From Candidatus Eiseniibacteriota bacterium (GTDB taxonomy: Bacteria; Eisenbacteria; RBG-16-71-46; JABDJR01), in contig CAWANH010000028.1 in NCBI GenBank assembly GCA_963783375.1, forward strand, positions 1,152,001-1,216,000: a stretch of 64,000 bases of DNA. Reading direction: 5' to 3'. The position numbers and the translations under genes are program-made. This document shows positions 27,319 through 37,485 of the stretch, one piece after another (position 1 is the stretch's first letter; every line of letters begins with the position of its first letter). The notes under the pieces are model-generated. The model ran no database searches. It was not told the DNA's origin and was given only the letters and a program-made list of their open reading frames with translations.

Positions 27319-30300
27319 CTACCGCACCAGCATGACCTTCTTGACCATCTGCTTTTCCCCGGCCCGGATCCGGTAGAAGTACATCCCGTTGGGGAGGGTG
27401 CGGCCGTTCTGGTCCCGGCCGTCCCACTGGATCGAGCCGTTGCCGTCGATCACCAGATCGTTGAGGCTCCGCACGCGCCGTCCCAGCACGGTGTAGATCT
27501 CCACCGTCACCGGCGCGCCCGCGGCCAGCCCCAGCACCCCGCCGTCGGCGGTTCCCGGGATGACCTCCTGGTCCCCCGGCTGCCCGGTCTCGTTGGACGG
27601 GTCCTGGTCCGGGTTCGATCCGTCGACGAAGTTCTCCCGGTCGTCGCCCCCCGCGCCGCCGTCGGTGATCACCAGCGGCACGCCGAGCCCCAGGATGTTC
27701 GACGCCAGGTAGTCGGTGCCGTCCGTCGCGGTGTAGTGGACGCCGATCTGGTTCTTGCCGGTCGAGGTCTTCCGGAGCGACCGCACCGCCGCCGCGTCAT
27801 AGGTCACCTCGAGGTCCAGCAACCCGTTCCGGTCCCCGTCCACCACCCGGGTCGAGGTCGGCCGAAGCGCCGCCACCTGGTTCCCCAGGTAGATCTGCCG
27901 CTCCGGGAGCCCCGTCGCGTCGAAGCCCGCCGTGGACGGCACCAGCACGGTCACCCACGTGGCCGAGGGATCGAACCCCCCGCCGTCCGCGGTGAACCCG
28001 GCGCAGGGGATCGCCCCGCCCGACTGGTCGTGAGGCACGCGCACGCACACCGTCGTCGTCGAGTCGTTCCCCGACATGTCCATCGCGGTGTAGGTGATCG
28101 TGTACTTGCGGCCGTTCCCGCCGCCCTGCCGCTCCGAGCGGAGGGAGAACGTGGTGTCCGGCGTCCCGAAGTCCGCGTCCTGGATGTCGTTGGGGAAGTT
28201 CCCGTCCCCGATGCCGTTGTCCGGCTCGTTGCTCACGATGGACACCAGCACGAAGGTCGGGTTCGGGTCGCAGACGTCGGTCACCGTGACCGAGGACTGG
28301 ATGGCCGACATCTTGTGGTTCGGCGGCCACAGGACGTCCCGGTCCAGGCTCACCGTGAGATCCGGCGGTGTGGTGTCCACCACCGTCACCGTGGCCGTGC
28401 AGCTGTCCACGTTCCCGTCGTCGTCGGTGCCGTAGAAGGTCACCGGGGTGGCCCCCAGCCCGAAGTAGTCCGGAGCGTTGTCGGTGATCACCGGGTTGGG
28501 GTCGCACGTGTCCAGCGCGGAGACCCCGGCGAAGAACGCGGTGAGCTGGGGATCGGTCCTGGGGGTCCCCATGTGCGAGGTGCACTCCACCGTGGTGTCC
28601 GGCGGACAGGTCACCACCGGGGGGGTGGTGTCCACCACCGTGATGTCCACGGTGTCGGTGTCCTGCTCCAGGCCGTCCGACACGGTCAGGGTCACCGTGG
28701 TGGTCCCCATGGGGAACTGGCCGGTCGGGGTCGCCGAGTGGTTGTCGTCGAAGGTGATTCCGGTCGCGTTCCAGGTGTAGGTGAGCGCGTCGCCGTCGGC
28801 GTCCGAGGATCCGGTGCCGTCGAGCTGGACCGCGGTGGTCGTGTAGGACGCGCACTCCACCGTGGGCTGGTCGGGACCGGCGTCGGCCACCGGCGGGGTG
28901 TTCACGGTCACCGCGAAGTTCTCACCCAGGTAGGGCCCGGTGGCCGGACCCTGGATGTTGCTCCCCTCCACCGCCCAGAGCATCTGGTGCCCGGAGGCGA
29001 GCAGGGTCTGGAGCTGGGTGTTGGTGAGCGAAGCGGAAGTGGACCCCGTGGGAATCGACAGCACCTTGGCGAAGGTGTTGGCGTTGTAGAACACCAGGGT
29101 ATAGGCGTCCCCGGTGTAGGACGAGGGGCACCCGACCCGGCCGGTCCAGCTGAAGTTCGCGTTCCCCGAGGAAACGATGGTGTTCGGGGCCGGGCTGTTC
29201 AGGGTGGGACCCACCTGGTGGTCCGAGGCGATCCCGCCGTAGGCCAGGTCCTGCTGGTTGGTGAGCCCCGCGCGGAGGAGGCCCCATCCGCCGGAGAGGG
29301 TGGTGACGTTGGTGTTCTTCAAGATATTGAAGATCGTCTGATCCGAGATCGATACGTTGTCCCGGCCGTCGGAGATCGTGTCCTCCAGGTCCCAGAGCAT
29401 GCGTTGCACCGCAAGCTCGTTGTCCTCGCCGCGGCCGTTGTTGTCCTGGGTGTCGAGGCCGTAGGAGAAATTGCTCTCCCCGGTGTCGGCGTAGATCGCG
29501 TCCCCCACCCGGGGAACGTTGAGGGAGGACAGCCCCTGGAGCACCTGGGCCGAGGTCCCGAAGAAGGTGGGCCATCCCTCGCCCCAGGCCAGCCGGACGC
29601 CCTCGCTCTTGCTGCCGTGGACGTTGGCGATGCAGTCCCCGATGTTGTGGGGTCCGCCGGGGTTGTTCTCGAAGTTGAAGGTGTCCTGGACGTAGTGGCT
29701 GTACTCGTGGAACATGACGTCCCAGTCCCACTGGTCGCCGGGACGGAGGTTGATGCGGCTACCGTTGTAGTTGGCGGATCCGGTGTCCCCCGGCCATTCC
29801 AGCCGGATGTGCCCCAGGAACGAGTTGCCGTTCTTGAGCGCGGTGTAGTTGGCCATCCAGGTGGCGCCGGTCAAGAGCCCGGCCGCCGGCCCGGTGCCGG
29901 TGTTGGCGGCGGTGAAGTTCTCGATGATCACCGCGTTGTCGGACACGTCGTCGTGGGTCGGCGAATCGGCCTGGTAGGCGTCGTGGAAGACGCCCTGGTT
30001 CTCGATCGACACCGCGCCGTTCCCGGTCCGGAACCGGACGAAGATGTCCCGTCCGCCCTGGCCGATCCCGTCGTCGTTGTTCACCACGAAGTTGTAGTTC
30101 CCGTCGGGTCCGGTAATCAAGTCCGCCACCAGGTCGGAGCCGATCAGCTCATCGTCCCGGACCTCGACGTGCATCCCGTAGCAGGGATGGCTCAGGCCGT
30201 TCTCGTCCAGCCAGCTCACGTTCCCCTGCACGGTGACGTTTCCGGCCGGGGAGACCGGCTCGGCCTGAAGCGGTTGCTCGTCGCCGGCATAGGCGGGCGG

Positions 30301-30954
30301 AGGAGCCGAGCTCATCAGGTTCGGAACCGGGTTCACCGACGAACGCAGTCCCGGGTCGCTGTCGAACTGCGCGGGAATCTCGGTGACTTCCTTGAGTTGC
30401 GACTTGGCCTCCTCCACGGTCAACGCCCCGGACTGGTAGCCGTCCTGGACGTCCTGGATCTCCAGGTTGAGGAAGCTCCCCATCCCGGCCAGGCTGCGGT
30501 CGGGGCGGAGGATGGCGTAGAAGCCTTCGGTCCGCTCTCCGTTCGTCCCCGCCGAGGCCTCGTCGGCGATCGCCCGCACCAGCACCTCGGCCTTGCCCTG
30601 GGCGGTGTAGCGCACGGGAACCTGGAAGGTGATGGAACCGCCCGCGGAGACCGACCCCAGGTCGAAGGAGGCGGGTCCGAGCAGCTCGACCGGCCCCTGG
30701 GTGAAGAGCGATACCTGGAAGGCGTCGAAGTCGGCGTCGGCGTCGATGGATCCCTCCAGGGTCACCGTCGCTCCGGGAGCGATCGCATTCGCGGGTGCGG
30801 AAAGGGTGATCCCGTAGGGGACGCCGATGCTTGCCGTACAGATGTAGGGGTCGGCGTCCGACGGAGCGGGCGGCCCGGCAAAGGCCGCCGGGGCCGCGGC
30901 GATCGCGGCGCCCGCGAAGAGCAGGCACAGAAATCGTGACCTGGGGTGCAGCAT
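27319..30954 (-). CDS. Large secreted multidomain zinc metalloprotease-like protein with PKD/HYR repeats and C-terminal FlgD-Ig sorting domain
   Basis: ATG at 30954 with AGGAGG; FHEYSH..(GEG) zincin motif; PPVADAGPDQ PKD; two VVDTTPP repeats; LWPPNHKM; ends WDGRDQNG...GMYFYRI...KKVMLVR. Confidence 0.82.
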   Translation of the reverse strand: MLHPRSRFLCLLFAGAAIAAAPAAFAGPPAPSDADPYICTASIGVPYGITLSAPANAIAPGATVTLEGSIDADADFDAFQVSLFTQGPVELLGPASFDLGSVSAGGSITFQVPVRYTAQGKAEVLVRAIADEASAGTNGERTEGFYAILRPDRSLAGMGSFLNLEIQDVQDGYQSGALTVEEAKSQLKEVTEIPAQFDSDPGLRSSVNPVPNLMSSAPPPAYAGDEQPLQAEPVSPAGNVTVQGNVSWLDENGLSHPCYGMHVEVRDDELIGSDLVADLITGPDGNYNFVVNNDDGIGQGGRDIFVRFRTGNGAVSIENQGVFHDAYQADSPTHDDVSDNAVIIENFTAANTGTGPAAGLLTGATWMANYTALKNGNSFLGHIRLEWPGDTGSANYNGSRINLRPGDQWDWDVMFHEYSHYVQDTFNFENNPGGPHNIGDCIANVHGSKSEGVRLAWGEGWPTFFGTSAQVLQGLSSLNVPRVGDAIYADTGESNFSYGLDTQDNNGRGEDNELAVQRMLWDLEDTISDGRDNVSISDQTIFNILKNTNVTTLSGGWGLLRAGLTNQQDLAYGGIASDHQVGPTLNSPAPNTIVSSGNANFSWTGRVGCPSSYTGDAYTLVFYNANTFAKVLSIPTGSTSASLTNTQLQTLLASGHQMLWAVEGSNIQGPATGPYLGENFAVTVNTPPVADAGPDQPTVECASYTTTAVQLDGTGSSDADGDALTYTWNATGITFDDNHSATPTGQFPMGTTTVTLTVSDGLEQDTDTVDITVVDTTPPVVTCPPDTTVECTSHMGTPRTDPQLTAFFAGVSALDTCDPNPVITDNAPDYFGLGATPVTFYGTDDDGNVDSCTATVTVVDTTPPDLTVSLDRDVLWPPNHKMSAIQSSVTVTDVCDPNPTFVLVSIVSNEPDNGIGDGNFPNDIQDADFGTPDTTFSLRSERQGGGNGRKYTITYTAMDMSGNDSTTTVCVRVPHDQSGGAIPCAGFTADGGGFDPSATWVTVLVPSTAGFDATGLPERQIYLGNQVAALRPTSTRVVDGDRNGLLDLEVTYDAAAVRSLRKTSTGKNQIGVHYTATDGTDYLASNILGLGVPLVITDGGAGGDDRENFVDGSNPDQDPSNETGQPGDQEVIPGTADGGVLGLAAGAPVTVEIYTVLGRRVRSLNDLVIDGNGSIQWDGRDQNGRTLPNGMYFYRIRAGEKQMVKKVMLVR

Positions 30955-31155
30955 GGGGGGATTCCTCCTGGATGGTGTGGGTTCCCGGCGGCGAAGTGCG
31001 GTCACCACCGGAACCCTTATCAAATCAGATCAGAACGGTATTTTGCAAGTCTATTCAATTTCTCTGCAAATCCAGGCCATTTCAGTGCTTCGGCTTGTCG
31101 CGGAGTCTCCGGTCCAACTCGAATTTCCAACCCGCACTCGGTCTCATCGTCACGG

Positions 31156-31180
31156 AAACCCTTGGATTTCCAGTCGGTTG
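31156..31180. promoter_or_regulatory. 25-bp dyad / IHF-like site
   Basis: AAACCCTTGGATTTCCAGTCGGTTG, in the AT-rich region upstream of the large protease gene. Confidence 0.3.
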
Positions 31181-31218
31181 TGTGACTTGAGGATCTCATC
31201 GGGCCGTCCGGATCCGAC

Positions 31219-31971
31219 TCAAGCTTTCCCGGGTGATGATTGTGCAAGAAACTTCTTGCGTCTCCGCCCCCGCAGGGCCCCATGCACCCCGAGGGCCGGA
31301 CCGAGGAGGAAATAGACGAGCCCCGACCAGGGGGTCGCCGCGGCGCCTCCCACCGCGGCGAGGAGGATCGACGACGCGGCCACCCCCACGAAGACCAGGT
31401 GGTACTGGATGCTGGTGCGGGTGTCGTAGGTCTCCACCGGGTCGAGATCGAGGTCGCGACGCCGGCGGTAGGCGTGGACGTAGAGCAGGGCGAAGACCGC
31501 GAAGACGGCCAGGAACCCCGATGAGTAGATGACCATGAGGGGGACGCTCTGGCCGGGGGTGATCAGGATGCGTCCCGCCGACACGCTCCCCGGCCCGAAG
31601 AGCTGCTGAACGACCAGGGTGAACAGGAACTTGAGCGGGTAGACGTAGAAGAGCACCACGAAGAGGAGCACCGCGTTCAGGGTCACCGTGAACCGGTCCT
31701 CCAGGCCGTAGCGACGGAAGAAGACGTAGTGGGAGTGCCAGATGAGGATGAGGAGGGCGAAGGAGAGGCCGAAGGCGGGAAAGGTGCGCATGGTGTCGAG
31801 GAGCTGGTCGAAGGAGGTCGGCACCTCGAGCGAGACCACCAGGAGGGTGACCGCGAAGCCGAAGACCGCGTCGCTCAGCCCCTCGATCCGGGAGACGTCC
31901 CCCCCGCGCCAGCGGAACCCGCTCTCGCTTCCCATCCCGCGCTCCAGGGCCCGCTCACGCAATGCTCGCAC
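31219..31971 (-). CDS. TMEM175 (DUF1211) family potassium channel
   Basis: SRIEGLSDAVFGFAVTLLV signature and W..H; GAGGAGG RBS. Confidence 0.88.
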   Translation of the reverse strand: MRALRERALERGMGSESGFRWRGGDVSRIEGLSDAVFGFAVTLLVVSLEVPTSFDQLLDTMRTFPAFGLSFALLILIWHSHYVFFRRYGLEDRFTVTLNAVLLFVVLFYVYPLKFLFTLVVQQLFGPGSVSAGRILITPGQSVPLMVIYSSGFLAVFAVFALLYVHAYRRRRDLDLDPVETYDTRTSIQYHLVFVGVAASSILLAAVGGAAATPWSGLVYFLLGPALGVHGALRGRRRKKFLAQSSPGKA

Positions 31972-31989
31972 GGTTTCCTCCTCGGGGGC

Positions 31990-33570
31990 TCATTCCGTCT
32001 CCTCCCCGGCGAGGATGTCCTCCCCGGATTCCAACCGCAGGAGTCGGGCGTCGATATCGGCCAGGAGCTTGTCGTACACGTCCCGGTTCAGCATTCCGCG
32101 ATGGAGGGCGTCGATCACCTCCCCCTTCTCCACCTGGAGAAGCCGGCGGAGCGCCCAGCGGGCCTCCTCGTTCTGGATGTCCTCCCGGTCCAGATGCAGC
32201 TCGCGGAGCGTCTTCTGGGTCTCCTCCACCGTGCTCTCGTAGCTCTCGCGGAGGCGGTCGAAGGCCTTCGCGTCCGCGTAGCGCGAGCCGCTCAGCTCCT
32301 TCAGCTCCTCCAGGGCCGCCTTGGCCGCCCGGAGCCGGCCCCGCGCGAACTCGTATTCGTTCCGCTCCCCCCGCCCTTCCACCACTCCCAGGACCCTGAG
32401 GAGCGGCGACATGGTGACCGCCTGGATGAAGATGGCCAGAAGCACCACCCCGAAGGTCATGGAGACCAGGAGATCGCGATGGGGGAAGCCGGGGGGAAGG
32501 CTCAGCACCAGCACCATGGAGAGGCCGCCCCGAAGCCCACCCCAGGTGAGGACCGCGGCCCAGGACCGGGGAATTCGCTCCCGGGTGAAGCTCAAGAACC
32601 AGGATGCTCCGAGGATCACCGCCCCCCGGCCCGCGGTCACCGCAAGATAGGCGATGAGAACCGCCTGCCAGGATCCGAGCAGGACGTCCAGGCGGATCTC
32701 GAACCCGATCAGGAGAAAGACGATGGAGTTGAGCGCGAAGGCCACGTACTCCCAGAAGGTCTCGGCGGCGATCCGGGTGGAGGGGGACATCCCGGTGCGG
32801 GCGCCGTAGTTCCCGCAGAAAAGGCCGGCGGTCACCGTGGCGATCACCCCCGAGACGTGGAACTGCTCGGCCAGCACGAAGGAGCCGTAGGCGGCGATGG
32901 TGGTGAGGGTGATCTCGATCATCGGGTCGTCCACCTTGCGGATCACCTGGGAGGCCAGGAGACCCACCCCCGCCCCCACCGCCAACCCGACCCCCACCAC
33001 CTTTGCGAACTCCAGGGCCAGCCCGGAAACAGATACGTGGCTCCCCGAGACCAGGGCGAGGGTGAGGGTGAAGAACACGATGGCGGTGCCGTCGTTCAGG
33101 AGGCTCTCCCCCTCCATGAGCACCGAGAGCCGCTTGGGGGCACCGAGGCTCTTCAGGATCGCCACCACCGCGATCGGATCGGTGGCGGAGATGAGGGCGG
33201 CGAAGACCAGGGCGTGGCGCCAGGTGAACCCCTGGACGAAGTCCAGGGCCCCGGTGACCGGGGTGAGGATGAGCGTGGTGAGCGCCACCGCCACCGCGAC
33301 CCCGGGCACGGCCAGGGACACGATGGCGGTGCGGTTCCGCCAGAAGGACTGGAAGTCGACGTGGAACGCGGCTTCGAAGAGCAGCCCGGGGAGGAACACC
33401 GCGAACAGGAGGTCCTTGGTGAGGTGGGGAGGCGCGAAGACGTGGAAGAACCCCAGGACGAGCCCGGCCAGGACCAGGGCCACGGTGTAGGGAATGCGAA
33501 GATGGCGGACGGCGATGGCCACCGCGGTGGCCACGGTGAAGAGCAGGATGAAAATGGTTTCGTCGTGCAT
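31990..33570 (-). CDS. CPA1 (NhaP-type) Na+/H+ antiporter
   Basis: FLPGLLFEAA, SATDPIAV, EGESLLNDG and WGGLRGGLS. Confidence 0.93.
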   Translation of the reverse strand: MHDETIFILLFTVATAVAIAVRHLRIPYTVALVLAGLVLGFFHVFAPPHLTKDLLFAVFLPGLLFEAAFHVDFQSFWRNRTAIVSLAVPGVAVAVALTTLILTPVTGALDFVQGFTWRHALVFAALISATDPIAVVAILKSLGAPKRLSVLMEGESLLNDGTAIVFFTLTLALVSGSHVSVSGLALEFAKVVGVGLAVGAGVGLLASQVIRKVDDPMIEITLTTIAAYGSFVLAEQFHVSGVIATVTAGLFCGNYGARTGMSPSTRIAAETFWEYVAFALNSIVFLLIGFEIRLDVLLGSWQAVLIAYLAVTAGRGAVILGASWFLSFTRERIPRSWAAVLTWGGLRGGLSMVLVLSLPPGFPHRDLLVSMTFGVVLLAIFIQAVTMSPLLRVLGVVEGRGERNEYEFARGRLRAAKAALEELKELSGSRYADAKAFDRLRESYESTVEETQKTLRELHLDREDIQNEEARWALRRLLQVEKGEVIDALHRGMLNRDVYDKLLADIDARLLRLESGEDILAGEETE

Positions 33571-33718
33571 GGCGTTCCCGAAAATTCGAGGTCCCGGCGA
33601 TCCGCGTCATGAGCCGCAATGTCCGATGATGCCGGAGAAGCCGTCCCGCCGCCACCCGCGCCGCGCCGGCGACCGCGCCCCGCGGTCGAACGTTCCGACG
33701 GGCTTTCGGAACCGGTCG

Positions 33719-35392
33719 TCAGGCCAGGGGCGGGCGCCTCCGGTGGAAACCGGTCTTGTCCTGGTAGGCCTTGGCCACGGTGAGGAGCTCCGCCTCCCCG
33801 AACAGGCGGCCGGTGAAGGTGATGCTGGCCGGGGTGCCGTCGGGGCGGAACCCGTTCCGCACCACCACCGAAGGCTGGCCGGTGAGGTTGGCGATCAGGA
33901 GCGTGTTCCCGCCGTAGGTGGGGTGGACGTAGAGGTCCACCGGCTCCAGGGCCTTCTCGTAGGCCTCCATCAACAGGGTCCGGGCGCGGTTGGCCTGGAT
34001 GTACTCCACCGCGGGGACCAGCCGGGCGGCCCGGAAGACGTTGGGCCAGGCCTGCTCCACCTGGCGCACCAGGAGATCGTCCCGGTTCGACCGGGTGAGA
34101 TCGTCGAAGGCGGCAGCGGCCTCCGCCTCCAGGATGAAGAGCATGTCCCCGACCGGGAGATCGGGGAGCTTCACCGGGGTGAGCGCGAATCCCATGGAGC
34201 GCAGGGTGCGGAGGGCGCCCTGGTCGAACGCCCGGTCGTCGCTCTTCTCCTCGAAGGCGTCGGCGTCGTAGCCCACCCGCAGCGTTCGGGGATCGCGGCC
34301 GGCGTCCCAGGCGAACGGGGCGTCGATGACCGCGCCGTCCCTACCGTCGGAGCCTCGGATGGCGTCCAGCACCAGGGCGCAATCCTCCACCGTGCGCGCG
34401 ATCGGCCCCGCCTTGTCCATGCTCCAGGAGAGCGCCATGCACCCGTGACGGCTCACCCGGCCGAAGGTGGGGCGGAGCCCGGTGGCCCCGCAGCGCTGGG
34501 AAGGGGAGACGATGGAGCCCAGGGTCTCGGTCCCGACCGTGAAACCCACCAGTCCCGCCGCCGCCGCCGCGGCCGGTCCCGCCGAGGACCCGCTCGAGCC
34601 CTGTTCCAGGTTCCAGGGGTTCCGGGTCCGGCCGCCGAACCAGACGTCCCCCCAGGCCAGGGCCCCCACCGAAAGCTTGGCCGCCAGCACCGCGCCGGCC
34701 TCGGTGAGCCGCTCCACCACGGTGGAGTCGCTCGCGGGGACGCGGTTCTCGTAGGGTTTGGCCCCCCAGGTGGTGCGGATCCCCGCGGTGTCGTAGAGGT
34801 CCTTGATGCCGTAGGGGATCCCGTGGAGGGGGCCCCGGTAGCGCCCCTGCCGGATTTCGAGGTCGGCGCGGCGCGCCTCCTCCATGGCCCGCTCCTCGGT
34901 GAGGGTGATCACGCAGTGGAGGACGGGGTCGTAGTGCTTGAGGCGTCCCAGGTAGAAGCGGGTGAGATCGACCGAGGTGATCTTCCGGGTCCGCAGCATC
35001 GCCCCGAGATGGGTGAGGGGGAGAAAGGCCAGGTCCTCCGCAGAATCGGGGAGGGGCAGGTCGCCGACCGCGGAGGGCCGGATGGGCGTCTCCGCCCCGT
35101 CGATCCGGCGGCCGGGGAGGAGCGGCCGGAAGAGGAGCGCCGGAGGGACGGAGTTGTCGAGGGGCACCGACCGGAGCATCTCGAAGTTCTGGAGATGCTC
35201 GCCCACTCCCTTCTCCATGAGCTTTCGCTCGTCCTCGGTGAAGGTGAGCCCGGCCAGGGTCTCGGCCCTGGCGATGGCCGCGCGGCTGATCGCGTCCTTT
35301 CCCTGGGCCAGGACTTCCGGGGCGAGGAGAGCGGCCGCGCCCACGGTGGAGAACCAGGCGAGGAAGCGGCGGCGGTCGAGCGGTTCGGGCAT
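33719..35392 (-). CDS. Tat-exported amidase-signature enzyme
   Basis: DRRRFL twin-arginine signal; GPLHGIPYGIKDL, GSSGSSAG and GTETLGSI. Confidence 0.9.
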   Translation of the reverse strand: MPEPLDRRRFLAWFSTVGAAALLAPEVLAQGKDAISRAAIARAETLAGLTFTEDERKLMEKGVGEHLQNFEMLRSVPLDNSVPPALLFRPLLPGRRIDGAETPIRPSAVGDLPLPDSAEDLAFLPLTHLGAMLRTRKITSVDLTRFYLGRLKHYDPVLHCVITLTEERAMEEARRADLEIRQGRYRGPLHGIPYGIKDLYDTAGIRTTWGAKPYENRVPASDSTVVERLTEAGAVLAAKLSVGALAWGDVWFGGRTRNPWNLEQGSSGSSAGPAAAAAAGLVGFTVGTETLGSIVSPSQRCGATGLRPTFGRVSRHGCMALSWSMDKAGPIARTVEDCALVLDAIRGSDGRDGAVIDAPFAWDAGRDPRTLRVGYDADAFEEKSDDRAFDQGALRTLRSMGFALTPVKLPDLPVGDMLFILEAEAAAAFDDLTRSNRDDLLVRQVEQAWPNVFRAARLVPAVEYIQANRARTLLMEAYEKALEPVDLYVHPTYGGNTLLIANLTGQPSVVVRNGFRPDGTPASITFTGRLFGEAELLTVAKAYQDKTGFHRRRPPLA

Positions 35393-35589
35393 GGCGGCGT
35401 CTCCTGGATGGCGGGGTCCGGGACGGACGAACGCCCTCTTATAGCACGTCCGGCGCCCGAATGGCGCTTCGTTCCCCCTTGACGCCGGGGGTGCCCGTTC
35501 CTAGGTTGAGAGCGGTTCGCCACGCCGGGGTTCCCTGCCGGGACGGCCGGCCCGACGATGGCCGGTCCCGATTGGAGCGGAGGTATTGC

Positions 35590-36102
35590 ATGCGGCTCGC
35601 GCTCGTCCCGATCCTCGTCCTCGCCCTTCCCGCCGCCACCTCGGTGGCGGTTGCCGCCCCTGTCCGCTGGACCCTCCAAGACGTCGCCCTCGAGGACGGG
35701 GGAAGCGCGGCGGGCTGGTTCGTCTACGACGAGCCCACCGGCCTCCTCATCGACTGGAGCCTCTCGGTGAGCGGCGGGGACACCCTGACCTTTCCCCCCG
35801 CGACCTGGGAAGCGGGAGCGTCGACAGGCGCGGTCGGCGATTTCGGAAACCCCGCCCTCACCGTGTTCTTCTATGCCGGCGATCCCCGCCGCGACCTTCG
35901 CATGACCCCGGTGGCCGATCTGACCGACGCCGGGGGTGAAGTCCTTCTCGATCTCGACACCGCGCTCGTCCACAGCGGCGGGATCGATTGCTTCCACTGC
36001 ACCCCGTCACGGGACTTGATCGCGGGCTCGTTGAGCGGTCGGCTCGACGTGCCGGTCGAGCGCACGACCTGGAGTCTCCTCAAGGCGCGCTACCGCCCCT
36101 GA
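35590..36102 (+). CDS. Secreted hypothetical protein with C-terminal VPVERTTWSLLKARY tail
   Basis: GGAGG upstream of ATG 35590; signal peptide; beta-rich domain; C-terminal TWxxLKxxY motif. Confidence 0.7.
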   Translation: MRLALVPILVLALPAATSVAVAAPVRWTLQDVALEDGGSAAGWFVYDEPTGLLIDWSLSVSGGDTLTFPPATWEAGASTGAVGDFGNPALTVFFYAGDPRRDLRMTPVADLTDAGGEVLLDLDTALVHSGGIDCFHCTPSRDLIAGSLSGRLDVPVERTTWSLLKARYRP

Positions 36103-36114
36103 ACCGGCTTCCGA

Positions 36115-37179
36115 TCAACCCAGGCGGGCGCGCACCAGCTCCACCACGGTGTCGATCCAGCCGGGATGGTCGTTGAGCGACGGCACCAGACGGAGATCCT
36201 CCCCTCCGGCCCGAAGGAACGTCTCCCGGCCCCGGATGGCGATCTCCTCCAGGGTCTCGAGACAGTCGGCCACGAAGGCCGGGGAGAAGACGGCCACCCG
36301 CTTGACCCCCTGGCGGGGGAGATCGGCCAGAACGAGGTCGGTGTAGGGCTTGATCCAGGGGACCCGGCCGAGGCGCGACTGGAAGGTGACGTTCCATTGA
36401 TCCGCGCCGAGGCCGAGGCCCCGGGCCAGGAGCCGGCTGGTCGCGAAGCACTGGGCCCGGTAGCAGTTCCGGTTCACCTCGCCGATCGCGTCGCAGCAGG
36501 TTCCGCTTCGAAGGCAGTGGCCGCCGCTCTGGTCGGAGCGGAGCACCTGACGCTCGGGGAGGCCGTGGTAGCTGAACAGCACCCGGTCGGGCCTCATCGC
36601 CTCGAGCACCGGGCGGCCCACCCCGGTGAACGAGCGGATGAAGCCGGGATGGTCGTAGAACGCCGGGACGGTGGCGAGATCGGGGACGTTCCAGAACCGA
36701 CCCGCTTCCCGGTAGACCCGTTCCAGGGTCGAACCGGTGGTGGCCGACGCGAACTGGGGATAGAGGGGGAGCACGACCACGCGATCCACTCCGCGATCCT
36801 TCAAGGCGCGGAGCCCGGCGGCGATCGACGGCCGGCCGTAGCGCATGGCCAGCTCCACCGGAGCCTCGGATCCGAGCCGCTCCCGCACCTTGTCCCGGAG
36901 CGCTTCTCCGTGAACGAGGAGCGGCGAGCCCCGGTCGGTCCAGACCTTGGCGTAGGCCTCGGCGGACTTCCGGGGGCGGAAGGGGAGGATCACGAGGTTC
37001 AGGAGCGCCGCCCGTCCCACCGGGTTCATGTCGATCACCCGGGGATCGGAGAGGAACTCGCGGAGGTAGCGCCGCACCTCCGCGGTGCGCGGGGCGTCGG
37101 GGGTGCCCAGGTTCACCAGGAGCACCCCGCCGCGGCCGCCGGCCGGGGACGGGGTGGGGCTTGGAGCGGTGTTGGCCAT
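36115..37179 (-). CDS. hemH: Ferrochelatase
   Basis: LLVNLGTP, YLREFLSDPRV, LPLYPQF, FSYHGLP, FQSRLG, WIKPYT and FVADCLETLEEI. Confidence 0.95.
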   Translation of the reverse strand: MANTAPSPTPSPAGGRGGVLLVNLGTPDAPRTAEVRRYLREFLSDPRVIDMNPVGRAALLNLVILPFRPRKSAEAYAKVWTDRGSPLLVHGEALRDKVRERLGSEAPVELAMRYGRPSIAAGLRALKDRGVDRVVVLPLYPQFASATTGSTLERVYREAGRFWNVPDLATVPAFYDHPGFIRSFTGVGRPVLEAMRPDRVLFSYHGLPERQVLRSDQSGGHCLRSGTCCDAIGEVNRNCYRAQCFATSRLLARGLGLGADQWNVTFQSRLGRVPWIKPYTDLVLADLPRQGVKRVAVFSPAFVADCLETLEEIAIRGRETFLRAGGEDLRLVPSLNDHPGWIDTVVELVRARLG

Positions 37180-37485
37180 AGGACTCCAGAGCCTAGAAGC
37201 TCGCGTGGGCTTCGGCAATCCCTCCCGGTTGTCTCGATCCAGCCGAACAGCGTGGAAGCCGCCTCTCCGCCCTCGACGGAAGAGCCACCGGCCACGTGTC
37301 TCGCGACTATACTTGCCGCCTGCCCGTTCACGACGTGGGGGCGTTCGTCCGGGAGCTTGACGATCGCCGGTAGCCGGGCCGGGACCCGCCGCCCCGGGCT
37401 CGCGATCGGAGGAGACGCCTGATAGGGTTCCGGGAGGGGAAAGCACGACGGTTCGAGCCCCGAAGCGTGGGATAGGAAGTAGACC

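Noticed and set aside
31065-31079. Minus-strand TGGCCTGGATTTGCA as a sigma54 promoter for the large protease gene
   Set aside because: GG-GC spacing is 9 rather than the required 10 nt. It would only be valid if a homopolymer base is missing from the assembly.
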